Positions 19,305 to 32,116 of a DNA stretch of 64,000 bases are shown piece after piece. The first letter of the stretch is position 1; each line of letters begins with the position of its first letter. The position numbers were made by a program, and so were the translations under genes. Origin of the DNA: Gammaproteobacteria bacterium (GTDB taxonomy: Bacteria; Pseudomonadota; Gammaproteobacteria; Steroidobacterales; Foliamicaceae); contig OZ243929.1 in the NCBI GenBank assembly GCA_965213995.1, forward strand, positions 1,439,236 through 1,503,235, written 5' to 3'. Under the pieces are notes generated by a model, which saw only the letters and a list, made by a program, of their open reading frames with translations, was not told the DNA's origin and ran no database searches.

Positions 19305-19365
19305 TTCCGCTGGTCTTTTGCCCGCCTGCTCGCTTATGCTCGCTGCGCCATAGGCACGGCGCTGT
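19305..19365 (+). repeat. Family-2 intergenic repeat, copy 2 (short)
   Basis: ctggtcttttgcccgcctgctcgcttatgctcgctgcgccataggcacggcg matches the reverse complement of 8060-8115. Confidence 0.65.
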
Positions 19366-19429
19366 TTCGAGCTTGCGGATGAAGCCTTTTCCTGCCCCTT
19401 TTTACGGAAGACACATGCCGCTTCGGTTC

Positions 19430-19541
19430 GCCTCTTTGCGCGTTCCCCCTCTCGCGGGAGACGCATGAACCCGTCCATGGGGCTTGGCGGCGGCTGTCCT
19501 GCCGCCGACACTCCCGGAAGAGGGGGAACGCGCAAAGAGGC
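19430..19541 (-). repeat. Family-1 intergenic palindromic element, copy d
   Basis: Arms gcctctttgcgcgttccccctct.. / ..agagggggaacgcgcaaagaggc. Core gagacgcatgaacccgtccatggggctt. Inner hairpin ggcggc-tgtcct-gccgcc. Confidence 0.85.
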
Positions 19542-19681
19542 TTTGGCGGGCGCAGACTCCTTAAGGATCGGCACTCCCAAGCCCTCTGCTTGCATCCTGC
19601 CTCCGGTACTCGCGGAAAGAAGGGCAAGCGGAAAGGCGCCGAAGTGTCTGCTCTAAGTGTGCGAAGCAGGTGTGCGGGGTG

Positions 19682-22222
<2,541 letters not shown>

Positions 22223-22371
22223 TTAGGAAGTTCTAGATATGCGTTCTGTCGCCGGACGGGGCGCCGCCAGAAACACGCGCAAGCGCACCGAACTCACCTG
22301 ACAAGAAACCAAGGGGCCTGTTAGCGCGATGCGACGCCGCTATGAACGCACTCCTTTTTAACGCCGGTCGA

Positions 22372-23433
22372 TTATACCAGCGCGCCGTCGATGAAGCGAA
22401 ATTCCTCGCGCTCGAATTCCTTGCCGAAAGCGCCGGCATCCACCGCCGTGATGAAGAGCTGGCAGTTGCCCGCCCACATCGCGGCCAGCAGCCGCCGAGC
22501 ATGTTCCGCATCGAGCTCTGCGAGCGGCTCGTCCGCCAACAGCACCGGCCTGGCAACGCCGGCCTCATTCAGCAGCTCGGCGGCCGCCAGCACTATTGAC
22601 GCGGCCAGCAACTTCTGCTGGCCCCTGGACGCAAGATACCGCGCCTTCCCTCCCTCAAGACGGAGCACAAGATCGCTGCGCTGCGGGCCGAAACGCGTGG
22701 CGCCAAGCTTGCGGTCGCCGTCCAGGGAGTCACGCAGCGCTTGGGCCAGATTCCCGGCGCGCGGCCAGCCCCGGTAATACTCCCAATCGGCCCGCAAATC
22801 GAGCAATTGCTCCGCGATTCGCTGAAACCGGGGACGCAGCTTCCCCGCCGTGGCCCGGCGTTGCTTCTCCATGGCCTCCGCCGACCGGCAGAACTGCTCG
22901 TCCCAAGCAGTCACCGCTTCAACCCCTGCGCCTGCCCGCAAGCTGGCATTGCGCTGCTTGAGGCTTCGCCTGAACCTTGTCCATGCCGCATGAAAAGCGG
23001 GTTCCACGTGAAACGCCACCCAGTTCAAAAGCAGCCTTCGGCGTTCCGGGCCTTGATCCACCAAGTCCATGACGCTCGCATCCAGATTCAGCACCGGCAA
23101 CGCCCGCGCGAGTTCCGCTCTGCGGATGCCTTTTTTTCCGTCCAGGAGCGCGCGAACCCGCCGGCCTTGGATATTGACGCCCAGTTCCAGCGCGCCGCTC
23201 CGGCCCGCCAAGGTGGCCCTTACGCTTGCCGCCTCCTCGCCATGGCTGACGAGCTGCCGCGCATCGCCCCCCCGAAAGCCGCGCGCGCGGGACAGCAGGA
23301 AAATGCTCTCCAGCAGGCTGGTCTTCCCCGCGCCGTTGTGGCCTCTGATGAGATTTGCCTTCCGGTCCGGCTTCAGGTCCAAGCGCTTCAACGCCCGGAA
23401 ATTACGCAGCCGCAACCGCGTCAGGTCCGACAC
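22372..23433 (-). CDS. recF: DNA replication and repair protein RecF
   Basis: LRLRNFRALKRLDL...IRGHNGAGKTSLLESI (Walker A), SRGQQKLLAASI signature and LLADEPLAELD (Walker B). Confidence 0.9.
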   Translation of the reverse strand: MSDLTRLRLRNFRALKRLDLKPDRKANLIRGHNGAGKTSLLESIFLLSRARGFRGGDARQLVSHGEEAASVRATLAGRSGALELGVNIQGRRVRALLDGKKGIRRAELARALPVLNLDASVMDLVDQGPERRRLLLNWVAFHVEPAFHAAWTRFRRSLKQRNASLRAGAGVEAVTAWDEQFCRSAEAMEKQRRATAGKLRPRFQRIAEQLLDLRADWEYYRGWPRAGNLAQALRDSLDGDRKLGATRFGPQRSDLVLRLEGGKARYLASRGQQKLLAASIVLAAAELLNEAGVARPVLLADEPLAELDAEHARRLLAAMWAGNCQLFITAVDAGAFGKEFEREEFRFIDGALV

Positions 23434-23529
23434 AACACTATCCCGGATATTTCACCAAGCCGCTTGTTGCCTTTCTTATTTTGCTGCTTAGTCAATGGCT
23501 TATGCCCGGATTGCCCGCTTTCCGCCTAG

Positions 23530-23629
23530 TGCGGAACGCGCATGCCGCGTTCCCGCCGGTCTTTTTCCCGATTGTGCGCATAGGCTCGCTGCGCCATAGG
23601 CACGGCTATGGCGCAGATTGGTGCAATAT
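23530..23629 (+). repeat. Family-2 intergenic repeat, copy 3
   Basis: gtgcggaacgcgcatgccgcgttccc...gcgcataggctcgctgcgccataggcacggctatggcgcagattggtgcaatat. It contains the hairpins gcggaacgcg/cgcgttcc(c)gc and gcgccatag/ctatggcgc. Confidence 0.7.
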
Positions 23630-23705
23630 GCGGGCTAGATGGCCCGCTCCCGCTCATTCCTTACCCGGCCGATTTGGGGCCGGCGAGCGCCGCGCGCCGC
23701 AGGCG

Positions 23706-24827
23706 CTACAACCTCATGGGCATTACGATGTGCTGCACACCCTCGCTATCCGGGGCACATATGAGCACGCTGCTGTTGCCGTCGCGCATATGCACTTCGA
23801 CCTCGTCCGATTGCAGCGACCTGAGCACGTCTGAAAGGTAGATGGCGTTGAATCCAACCTTGACCTCCGGCCCATGGTAACGGGCTTCCAGCTCGTCTTG
23901 CGCCTGGGCGCCTTGCCCCCCTTCGGTGCTGATGCCCACGCTGTTTTCCTTAACGACCACCGACACCAGCGGGATGCGCTGATCCCGCACCCCCCGGCTC
24001 TCCCGTGCCACTAGGGCAACCCGGCTGAGAGCGGTTTCCAGCGCCGTGCGATTGGCCACCAGAGGTTTTTCCTGGCGCTCGGGGATAACCCGCCGGTACT
24101 CGGGATACCTTCCTTCGATAAGCTTTGATGTCATCTGCTGGTCCCCGAGCCTGAACTGGACCTGGTTGTCGCCCAGCGCCAACTCCACCTCTTCGCTGTG
24201 CGGCAGCAAAGGACGCAAGGCGTTGATGCTGTTTCTGGGCACGATTCCCTTGCGCGCCTCCGCCGCGCGGCTGTCCGCCGTTTCCGAACACGACAGGCGA
24301 TGGCCGTCGGTGGCCACGAGCCGCAAGCCGTTTTCGCCGATCTCCATCAACATGCCGTTGAGGTAGTAGCGAGGATCCGACTGCGCCATGGCGAAATGCG
24401 TTTCGGCAAGCATTTTCGACAACATCGCGGACTTCAGCACAACCCCTTCGGCGCCGTTGTCCGGGTCGAGCCGGGGAAAATCCTCGGGCGGCAGCGTTTC
24501 CAGGCTTCCCGAGTAGCGCCCGGACTTCACCGAGAGCTGGTTCTCCTCAAGCGCCAGCTCAATGCTGCTTCCCCCTTTCAGCGAGGCGCTGATTCCTTGC
24601 AGAAGCTTGGCCGGCACCGTTACTTTGCCTTCCGCTCCCAAATCGATCACTTCGCAACGGGCCACGAGCGTGAGCTCTAGGTTGGTGCAGGTTGCCGTAA
24701 GCATGCCCTCCGCTGCCTCCAGCAGCGCATTGCGGAGTATAGCCATGGTATCGGCTTGGGTTTGCGCGGCGCTGGTTACCGATTGCAGCAGGCCGTGCAG
24801 GCTCTCTTGGGGAATGCTCATTCTCAT
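23706..24827 (-). CDS. dnaN: DNA polymerase III beta sliding clamp
   Basis: Position between dnaA and recF, about 370 aa, clamp-like repeats (LEENQLSVKSGRYSGSLETLPPEDFP, TDGHRLS, LIEGRYPEYRRVIP, VMPMRL C-terminus). Confidence 0.95.
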   Translation of the reverse strand: MRMSIPQESLHGLLQSVTSAAQTQADTMAILRNALLEAAEGMLTATCTNLELTLVARCEVIDLGAEGKVTVPAKLLQGISASLKGGSSIELALEENQLSVKSGRYSGSLETLPPEDFPRLDPDNGAEGVVLKSAMLSKMLAETHFAMAQSDPRYYLNGMLMEIGENGLRLVATDGHRLSCSETADSRAAEARKGIVPRNSINALRPLLPHSEEVELALGDNQVQFRLGDQQMTSKLIEGRYPEYRRVIPERQEKPLVANRTALETALSRVALVARESRGVRDQRIPLVSVVVKENSVGISTEGGQGAQAQDELEARYHGPEVKVGFNAIYLSDVLRSLQSDEVEVHMRDGNSSVLICAPDSEGVQHIVMPMRL

Positions 24828-25063
24828 GGGATCTCCTTTATTACCTCTTTTTTAAAAAGATAATAATGATGGTGATAAGGCCTGTGGATATCTGTGTCAT
24901 GCTATAAAATTTAATTAAATCAATATGTTAAGCCAATCCATCTTGTGGCGTGGGCTGTGGATTTCGAGTGGCTGCGATTGTGGATTGGCCGCCCGCAAGC
25001 CCGCAGCTAACAATTTCTCCACAGATAAAACCGGCATTTTCCGCAGCTTCTCCAGTCCGGAAT
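24828..25063. other. Candidate chromosomal replication origin (oriC) in the dnaA-dnaN spacer
   Basis: An AT-rich stretch at about 24845-24935 (tttttaaaaagataataatgat..., ataaaatttaattaaatcaatatgttaa) is followed by four TCCACA-core DnaA-box-like 9-mers: TGTGGATAT 24883-24891, TGTGGATTT 24956-24964, TGTGGATTG 24979-24987 and TTCTCCACA 25015-25023. Confidence 0.6.
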
Positions 25064-26416
25064 TTACTGGGCAAGGATACTCGCCAGGCTCTTGTATTGC
25101 TGATTCAGGTTATGATCGGATCCTCGCAGCTCCTGAATGCGGCGAACCGCATTGATGACCGTAGTGTGGTCGCGGCCGCCGAAACCCTCGCCGATATCGG
25201 GAAGGCTGAGATCGGTGTACTCGCGCGCCAGCGCCATCGCCATTTGCCGGGGGCGCACTATGGCGCGCTTCCTGCTTGGCGAACGCAAGTCCGACGGGCG
25301 CACCTGAAAGTAATTGGCGACCAGTTTCTGGATCTCTTCCAGCGTAATGCGCCGGGCCACCGATGCGACATGGTTCTTGAGCGCCTGTCTGGCCAGCGGC
25401 AAATCAATAGGCATTCCGCGAAAACGCGACATCGCTTCAACCGTGCGGTAAGCGCCTTCAAGTTCGCGGACGCTGGAAAAAATATGCTGCGCGATAAATA
25501 TCGCCACTTCCCCGGGGCAAAGCGCGCCGGCGGCCTCGGCCTTGGCCAGAACGATGGCGGCTCGGGTTTCCAGGTCCGGCGGTTCGATATTCACCATTAG
25601 CCCCGACCCCAGGCGCGAGATCACGCGGGTTTCCAGCCCGGCCACCTCGCGCGGCAGCTTATCGCAGGTCAGAACGATCTGGCGGCCGTCCTGCAGGAGG
25701 GCGTTCAGCGTGTGATAGAACTGCTCCTGGGAGCTTTCCTTGCCGGCCAGGAACTGCACATCGTCGAGCAGCAGCGTATCGACGGAGCGGTACGAGCGCT
25801 TGAATTGCTCCACTAGCGCATCCGAGCCGGACCGGCCATAGGAAGCGCGCACCTTGCGCAGCGCGTTCAGGTAATCGTTGATGAACGTGTCCGAATGCAC
25901 ATAAGCCACCCTGAGCTGCTGCCTGCCTGCTAGAAGCTGGTGGCCGATGGCGTGCATTAGATGGGTTTTGCCCAGGCCCACGCCGCCGTAAATGAGCAGC
26001 GGGTTGTAGGCGCGGTGCTTGGCCACGTGTCGGGCGGCATCGTAGGCAACCTGGCTGGTGGGACCTGTTACGAAAGCATCGAAAGTAAATTGCGGGCTAA
26101 GCCGCGAGCCCGGAAGCGGCGGCAGCGACTTGGCGAGTGCCGGCGCCGCGCCCGATCGAGGCAGGGGCCTGTCCAGCAACTCCACGTGGGGTTCGCCGCC
26201 GCTTCTTTCGCAGGCTTGGCGCAGCAGGTCCAAGCAGTTGGACTCTATCCAGCCGCGCACAAAGCGGTTGGGCGCAATCAACCGCAGCTTTCCGTTGCTG
26301 GGGCGGGCCTCGAGAGGCTGGATATAGGTGTTGTACTTTTCCTCGTCGAGAAGCGGCCTTAGTTCCCGGCAGACACGCCGCCAGAGATTGCTTGTTTGGA
26401 GAGCAGCGCCGGACAT
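25064..26416 (-). CDS. dnaA: Chromosomal replication initiator DnaA
   Basis: YNPLLIYGGVGLGKTHLMHAIG (Walker A), LLLDDVQFLAGKE, and the domain IV region HTTVINAVRRI. Confidence 0.95.
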   Translation of the reverse strand: MSGAALQTSNLWRRVCRELRPLLDEEKYNTYIQPLEARPSNGKLRLIAPNRFVRGWIESNCLDLLRQACERSGGEPHVELLDRPLPRSGAAPALAKSLPPLPGSRLSPQFTFDAFVTGPTSQVAYDAARHVAKHRAYNPLLIYGGVGLGKTHLMHAIGHQLLAGRQQLRVAYVHSDTFINDYLNALRKVRASYGRSGSDALVEQFKRSYRSVDTLLLDDVQFLAGKESSQEQFYHTLNALLQDGRQIVLTCDKLPREVAGLETRVISRLGSGLMVNIEPPDLETRAAIVLAKAEAAGALCPGEVAIFIAQHIFSSVRELEGAYRTVEAMSRFRGMPIDLPLARQALKNHVASVARRITLEEIQKLVANYFQVRPSDLRSPSRKRAIVRPRQMAMALAREYTDLSLPDIGEGFGGRDHTTVINAVRRIQELRGSDHNLNQQYKSLASILAQ

Positions 26417-26583
26417 GGGTTGGGTGCTTGACAGGTCCCTGTCTTGGGGTATTCAGGGCCTTTATTCCATAACTTGCCGCCGGAATCAAACCCCTTGCGT
26501 TCATTGACTTTGCGCCTTTCAAACGCTATGCTGACCCACCCTTGTGCGGCGGCCTGCGCGGTCGCGTTTTTAATCATTAAGCC

Positions 26584-26718
26584 ATGAAACGCACTTATCA
26601 GCCCAGCCGGATCAAACGCAAACGCACCCACGGCTTCCGCGCGCGCATGTCCACGCGCACGGGCCGGCTTATCCTCAAGCGGCGGCGGAGCAAGGGCCGG
26701 ACGCGGCTGACCCACTGA
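26584..26718 (+). CDS. rpmH: 50S ribosomal protein L34
   Basis: Not in the ORF track because it is under 60 aa. Manual translation gives [44 protein letters not shown] followed by a stop. Confidence 0.9.
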   Translation: MKRTYQPSRIKRKRTHGFRARMSTRTGRLILKRRRSKGRTRLTH

Positions 26719-26818
26719 CCGGGCCCTGCCGTCGAGCGCCGCGCCCCGGCCTGTTTCGCTTCAGGTGGCCAGCCAGGTGCGGCGGTCAGAAGAGAATGGG
26801 CTCTTTTCCCTATAGCCT

Positions 26819-27226
26819 GTGACCGCTTCAGCACTCCTATCGCCCGCCGCCGCCCGGCTTGAGTTTCCGCGCAGGCTTCGGCTGCTCAAGGCCGCGCAGT
26901 TCCTAGCCGTATATCGGCGAGGCATGCGGGCGGCTTCGGGGCCGCTGCGCGTTCGAATGATCGCCAACGGACGGGAGCATGGCAGGCTGGGCTTGTCGGT
27001 GGGACTCAAAGCCGCCGGCAGCGCTGTGGCCCGCAACCGAATACGGCGGCAGGTGCGCGAGAGCTTCAGGCTGCATCAGCACCATCTTGCGGGCCTGGAT
27101 ATCGTGGTGAGCGTGCCGCGTATCAACGCCGTCCACAAGCGTGGCGTCAGGCACGCCCTGCCGAAGCTCTGGGGCGCGGTGGCGCGCGCGAAGACCTCCG
27201 GCGGCGCAGCTAGGAAGAGCCGCTAG
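26819..27226 (+). CDS. rnpA: Ribonuclease P protein component
   Basis: RLLKAAQFLAVYRRG...GRLGLSVGLKAAGSAVARNRIRRQVRESFR (RNR motif), located downstream of rpmH. Confidence 0.85.
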   Translation: MTASALLSPAAARLEFPRRLRLLKAAQFLAVYRRGMRAASGPLRVRMIANGREHGRLGLSVGLKAAGSAVARNRIRRQVRESFRLHQHHLAGLDIVVSVPRINAVHKRGVRHALPKLWGAVARAKTSGGAARKSR

Positions 27227-28902
27227 TGGAACGGCTGAGATTTCCCCTCTGGGCGCTTTTCGGCGCCATGCTGCTGTTTAGTTGGCAGGCTTGGAATGCC
27301 GACCGCGCCCGGATGGTTGCCGAGGCCCCGCCGCCGGAAACCGCCTTGGGGGCCATGCCCGCTCTTGAAGAGGACGGGGATTTGCCGGCGTTGCCGTCCG
27401 CGCCCTTCCGCGGCGATTTGCAGGGACCGGCTCCGGCGCCGTCCGCGGCGCCTCAAACGGATTCCGTCGTGCGGGTCCGCACCGATGTCATGGCGGTATC
27501 GATCAGCGCCAGCGGCGGCGACCTCGTCGAGGCTGAGCTGCTGGGCTACGCCGAAGACAAGAAAAACGACGAGGTGAAAGTGCGGCTGCTGAACCCGTCG
27601 CCGGGCCAGGAGTACATCATCAGCACCGGTTTGCGCGCTGCGGACGGGCGCCCGGAAGCCAACCACCGCGAACGCTTCTCGGCCGCCCGCAGCGACTACC
27701 GGCTCGAGGAAGGCGCGGAGGAGCTGGTGGTGCCGCTCACTTGGCGCTCGGGGGGCATCACCGTCACGAAACGGTACCGCTTCCAAAGGGGCAAGTACTA
27801 CATCGGGGTTGAGCAAACGGTGCGGAACGAAAGCGGCGCGGACTACCAAGCGGCTTCGTACGTCTTGATTCGCCGGGCGCACCGTCCCCCGGGCCGGTCG
27901 ATGTTCGACGTGGACACCTATTCGTTCACCGGGCCGGTGTACTACGATGGCGACAGCTACGACCGCATGGATCCCGAGGATCTGGCCGACGAGCCCTTGA
28001 GCGAGAGCGAGATTGCCGGGGGATGGGTGGGATCCATACAGCACCATTTCTTGGGGGCCGCCATTCCCGAACCGACCGAGCCGCATCAGTACGCCGGTCG
28101 TTTCTCCGGCGGCAGCTACCGCCTCAGCGCGATCGGGCCGACCAAGGCGGTGTCGCCGGGCAGCGAGCAGCGCTATTCGTCGCGGTTATTCGTGGGGCCC
28201 AAGCTGCAGGCGCAACTGCGGGAAGCCGCCCCGGGGCTGGTGCTCGCGGTGGATTACGGCATTTTCACGGTATTCGCCCAGCCGCTTTTCTGGTTGCTCA
28301 AGACATTGTTCGGCTTTGTCGGCAACTGGGGCTGGGCGATTATCCTAGCCACGCTGATCATCAAGGCCGCGCTCTTTCCGCTCACCGAGGCCAGCGGCCG
28401 CTCCATGGCGCGGATGCGCAAGCTGCAGCCGCGGCTCAAATCCATCCAGGAACGGTTCAAGGACGACCCGCAAGCCCGCAACCGGGCCATGATGGAGCTC
28501 TACAAGACCGAGAAGGTCAACCCCGCAGCGGGCTGCCTGCCGATTTTTATCCAGCTGCCGTTCTTCATCGCGTTCTACTGGGTGCTAGTGGAAAGCGTGG
28601 AAATCCGCCAAGCGCCGTTTTTGCTTTGGGTCAACGACCTTTCGTCGCGCGATCCTATTTTCGTGCTGCCCGCGCTGATGGGAGCGGCCATGTTCTGGCA
28701 GCAGAAGCTCAGCCCCAAGCCGCCGGACCCCATGCAGGCGAGGATCATGACGGCCATGCCGGTGATCTTCACCGTGTTCTTCATGTTCTTTCCCTCCGGA
28801 CTGGTGCTGTACTGGCTCACCAATTCCGTTTTCTCAACGCTTCAGCAATGGCGGATCAATCGCCGCACCGAAAAGGCGCCGAAAGGACGAGCGGCGCGAT
28901 AG
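27226..28902 (+). CDS. yidC: Membrane protein insertase YidC
   Basis: N-terminal TM, a large periplasmic domain, and the conserved C-terminal core (NWGWAIILATLIIKAALFPL, MRKLQPRLKSIQERFKDDPQ, NPAAGCLPIFIQLPFFIAFY, PSGLVLYWLTNSVFS). Confidence 0.9.
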   Translation: MERLRFPLWALFGAMLLFSWQAWNADRARMVAEAPPPETALGAMPALEEDGDLPALPSAPFRGDLQGPAPAPSAAPQTDSVVRVRTDVMAVSISASGGDLVEAELLGYAEDKKNDEVKVRLLNPSPGQEYIISTGLRAADGRPEANHRERFSAARSDYRLEEGAEELVVPLTWRSGGITVTKRYRFQRGKYYIGVEQTVRNESGADYQAASYVLIRRAHRPPGRSMFDVDTYSFTGPVYYDGDSYDRMDPEDLADEPLSESEIAGGWVGSIQHHFLGAAIPEPTEPHQYAGRFSGGSYRLSAIGPTKAVSPGSEQRYSSRLFVGPKLQAQLREAAPGLVLAVDYGIFTVFAQPLFWLLKTLFGFVGNWGWAIILATLIIKAALFPLTEASGRSMARMRKLQPRLKSIQERFKDDPQARNRAMMELYKTEKVNPAAGCLPIFIQLPFFIAFYWVLVESVEIRQAPFLLWVNDLSSRDPIFVLPALMGAAMFWQQKLSPKPPDPMQARIMTAMPVIFTVFFMFFPSGLVLYWLTNSVFSTLQQWRINRRTEKAPKGRAAR

Positions 28903-30191
28903 TCGCCATCGCCACCCCGCCCGGGCGCGGAGGCGTGGCGGTGGTTCGCGTGTCGGGCGAGGGCGCGCGCCGGATCGCGCAAGAGCTGCTGGGGGCGTTG
29001 CCGCCGCCGCGAAGGGCGCGGCTGGTGTCGCTGACCGAATCCTCCGGCGAGCTGCTGGACCGAGGGCTGGCGCTGTTCTTTCCCGGCCCCGCCTCTTTCA
29101 CGGGCGAGGATGTTCTGGAGCTCCAGGTGCATGGCAGCCCGGTGGTGTGCGATCTGCTCATCGCCCGGATTTGCGAGCTGGGCGCGCGTCCGGCCGGACC
29201 GGGCGAGTTCTCCCTCAGGGCTTTTCTCAACGATCGCATGGACCTCTCCCAGGCGGAGGCCGTCGCGGACCTGATCGACGCGGCCGGAGCTTCCGCAGCC
29301 CGGGCGGCGGCGCGCAGCATGCAAGGCGCGTTCTCCGAAGCGGTGGAGGCGCTGGTGGCTCGCCTGACGCGCCTGCGAGCGCACCTGGAGGCCACGATGG
29401 ACTTTCCGGACGAGGAGGTGGACCCGCTGGAAGACCGCGCGCTGGCCCGTGGCTTCGATGATCTCGGCAAGGCGTTCACGGCCATCGCGGAGGCCGCCGA
29501 GAGGGGCCGCATCCTGCGCGACGGGCTCAATGTCGCGTTATCCGGCGAACCCAACGCCGGAAAGTCCTCGCTGCTCAACGCGCTGGCGGGCGAACCGGCG
29601 GCCATCGTGGCCGCTGAGCCGGGCACCACCCGCGACCTTGTCCGGGTGCAGGTCTCCGTGAAGGGCATTCCCATGGAGCTGATTGATACGGCGGGATTGC
29701 GGGCCGCCCGCGACGGCGCGGAGCGCGAGGGCGTGCGCCGCGCGCGGGCCGCCAAGGAGACAGCCGACCTAGTGCTGCGGGTGTGGGACGCGACGGCGGG
29801 CGGCCCCGAACCGGCGCCGGGGGAGCGCGCCGTGCTGATTCGCAACAAGGTGGATCTGACGGGAGATGCCCCGGGGCGATTGGCCTCCGGCGCGGTGAAC
29901 GTGAGCGCCAGAACGGGAGCGGGGCTGGACGCGTTGCGGGAGCTGCTGGCGGAAAGGGCCGGCGGTTCGCCCGACGGGGCGTTCTCGGCCCGCGCCCGGC
30001 ATATCAGCAGCCTGAGGGTGGCCAGACGGAAGCATCAGGAGGCCGCATCGCTGTTCGACCGGCGGCAAGCGGTTGAGCTGATCGCGGAGGAATTGCGCCT
30101 CGCCCAGGAATGCCTGGGCGAGATTACCGGGGCCGTCAGCAGCGATGATCTCTTAGGCGAGATCTTCTCGCAATTCTGCATCGGCAAGTAG
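28848..30191 (+). CDS. mnmE: tRNA modification GTPase MnmE
   Basis: [21 protein letters not shown]-domain [16 protein letters not shown]...DTAGLR...NKVDL, and the C-terminal FCIGK. The ATG at 28848 overlaps the yidC 3' end. The 722-aa track ORF is an out-of-frame run through yidC. Confidence 0.85.
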   Translation: MADQSPHRKGAERTSGAIVAIATPPGRGGVAVVRVSGEGARRIAQELLGALPPPRRARLVSLTESSGELLDRGLALFFPGPASFTGEDVLELQVHGSPVVCDLLIARICELGARPAGPGEFSLRAFLNDRMDLSQAEAVADLIDAAGASAARAAARSMQGAFSEAVEALVARLTRLRAHLEATMDFPDEEVDPLEDRALARGFDDLGKAFTAIAEAAERGRILRDGLNVALSGEPNAGKSSLLNALAGEPAAIVAAEPGTTRDLVRVQVSVKGIPMELIDTAGLRAARDGAEREGVRRARAAKETADLVLRVWDATAGGPEPAPGERAVLIRNKVDLTGDAPGRLASGAVNVSARTGAGLDALRELLAERAGGSPDGAFSARARHISSLRVARRKHQEAASLFDRRQAVELIAEELRLAQECLGEITGAVSSDDLLGEIFSQFCIGK

Positions 30192-30250
30192 AATCTGCGC
30201 TTTGCGTGGCGGCGCCGGGGCTTAGCGCCTTGAAGCGGACAGGTTCGGAA

Positions 30251-32116
30251 ATGATGGCAAAGCGATTCGACCTCATCATTGTGGGCGGCGGCCATGCCGG
30301 AACGGAGGCCGCGCTGGCCGCTTCGCGCATGGGCGCGCGGGCGCTGCTGGTCACGCACAGCCTGGACACGCTGGGCCAGATGAGCTGCAACCCCGCCATC
30401 GGCGGCATCGGCAAAGGGCATCTGGCCCGGGAGATCGACGCGCTAGGCGGCATCATGGCCAAGGCCGCCGACAGGGCCGGCATTCATTTCCGCCTTCTCA
30501 ACGCCAGCAAGGGCGCGGCGGTTCGCGCCACCCGCGCCCAAGCCGACCGCTTGCTGTACAAGGCCGCCGTGCGCCATGCGCTGGAAACCGCCGAGGGCCT
30601 CGCGCTGTTCCAGGACAGCGTGGACGACCTGCTGATCGGCAACGACCGCGCCTGCGGCGTGCGGACCCGCTCCGGGCTCGATTTCCGCGCTCCGGCGGTG
30701 GTCCTCACGGTGGGCACTTTCCTGGCGGGAAGGATCCATCTGGGCGAGGCTTGCCATGCGGCCGGGCGAGCGGGAGAGCCGCCCGCCAACCGGCTTGCCC
30801 AACGCTTGCGCGAGCTCAAGCTGCCTGTCGGCAGATTGAAAACCGGAACGCCGCCCCGGCTGGACGCGCGGACTGTCGATTTTTCCGTGATGCGCCGGCA
30901 GCCGGGAGACCGCCCGCGGCCGGTGTTCTCGTTCATGGGGCGCCGCGCCGACCATCCCCGGCAGGTGGAATGCCATATCACCCGCACCACCGAGGCCACC
31001 CACGAGGTCGTCCGCGCCCATCTGAAGCGCTCGCCCATATTCAGCGGCGCCATCGAGGGCGCGGGGCCGCGCTACTGCCCTTCGCTGGAGGATAAGGTGG
31101 TGCGGTTCGCCGACCGCGATTCGCATCAGATATTCGTGGAGCCCGAGGGCCTCGCTTCCGCCGAGGTCTATCCCAACGGCATCTCCACCAGCCTTCCGGC
31201 CGATGCGCAGCTTGAGTTCCTAGCCACCATACCGGGCTTCGAGCGGGCCCGCATGACCCGCCCCGGCTACGCCATCGAATACGACTATTTCGATCCGCGG
31301 GCCTTGCGCGAGGGCTTGGCGGTAGGCGCCATCCCGGGCCTTTACTTCGCCGGCCAGATCAACGGCACCACGGGCTACGAGGAGGCGGCCGCGCAGGGCC
31401 TGCTGGCCGGAGTGAACGCGGTTTTGGCAGCGCGCGGGCAGGCGCCGTGGATGCCCGGGCGCGAGCAGGCCTACTTGGGCGTGCTCGCCGACGACCTTCT
31501 CACCCGGGGCGTGACCGAGCCTTACCGGATGTTCACCAGCCGGGCCGAGTACCGCCTGCGCCTGCGCGAAGACAACGCCGATGCGCGGCTTACGCCGCGG
31601 GGCCGGGAGCTGGGGCTGGTCGATGACGAGCGATGGGAGACGTTCAGCCGCAAGCAGGAGGCCATCGCTGCCGAGCGGGACAGGCTTGCAGGCTTGAAGG
31701 CGAAGGATGGGAGCGGCGGGAGCGCCTGCGCCGCGCTGGAGCTCTTGCGGCGCCCGGATTGGAGCTACCGCAGGGTGGCGGGCCTGCCGGAGGTGGGGCC
31801 GAGAGCGCCGGCGGCGGGAGAATGGCCGGAGCTGGGCGAGCAGATCGACAGCGCGGTCGAGATCCAGGCCCGCTACGCCGGCTACCTCCAGCGGCAGCAG
31901 GCCGAAATCGAGCGCAACCGGCGATTGCGCGGCACCGCCCTGCCCGCCGGCATGGACTACGGCGTGGTGCGGGGCCTGTCGAATGAAGTTCGGGAGAAGC
32001 TGGACCAGGCGCGGCCGGCCACCATTGGCCAAGCGGAGCGAATCCCCGGCATGACCCCGGCCGCCGTGTCCCAGTTGCTGGTTCATCTCAAGAAAAAGGA
32101 GTTGCGGTGCGCCTGA
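30251..32116 (+). CDS. mnmG: tRNA uridine 5-carboxymethylaminomethyl modification enzyme MnmG (GidA)
   Basis: [58 protein letters not shown] and [16 protein letters not shown]. Confidence 0.95.
   Translation: MMAKRFDLIIVGGGHAGTEAALAASRMGARALLVTHSLDTLGQMSCNPAIGGIGKGHLAREIDALGGIMAKAADRAGIHFRLLNASKGAAVRATRAQADRLLYKAAVRHALETAEGLALFQDSVDDLLIGNDRACGVRTRSGLDFRAPAVVLTVGTFLAGRIHLGEACHAAGRAGEPPANRLAQRLRELKLPVGRLKTGTPPRLDARTVDFSVMRRQPGDRPRPVFSFMGRRADHPRQVECHITRTTEATHEVVRAHLKRSPIFSGAIEGAGPRYCPSLEDKVVRFADRDSHQIFVEPEGLASAEVYPNGISTSLPADAQLEFLATIPGFERARMTRPGYAIEYDYFDPRALREGLAVGAIPGLYFAGQINGTTGYEEAAAQGLLAGVNAVLAARGQAPWMPGREQAYLGVLADDLLTRGVTEPYRMFTSRAEYRLRLREDNADARLTPRGRELGLVDDERWETFSRKQEAIAAERDRLAGLKAKDGSGGSACAALELLRRPDWSYRRVAGLPEVGPRAPAAGEWPELGEQIDSAVEIQARYAGYLQRQQAEIERNRRLRGTALPAGMDYGVVRGLSNEVREKLDQARPATIGQAERIPGMTPAAVSQLLVHLKKKELRCA

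Noticed and set aside
26417-26583. rpmH-dnaA spacer as oriC
   Set aside because: I found no TTATCCACA-like boxes and no pronounced AT-rich unwinding tract. The dnaA-dnaN spacer is the better candidate.
27223-28086. 287-aa minus-strand ORF
   Set aside because: It is antisense to the periplasmic-domain region of yidC.
28023-28847. N-terminal 275 aa of the 722-aa ORF (28023-30191)
   Set aside because: It is out of frame with the yidC coding sequence it overlaps. The MnmE homology begins only at about 28848.
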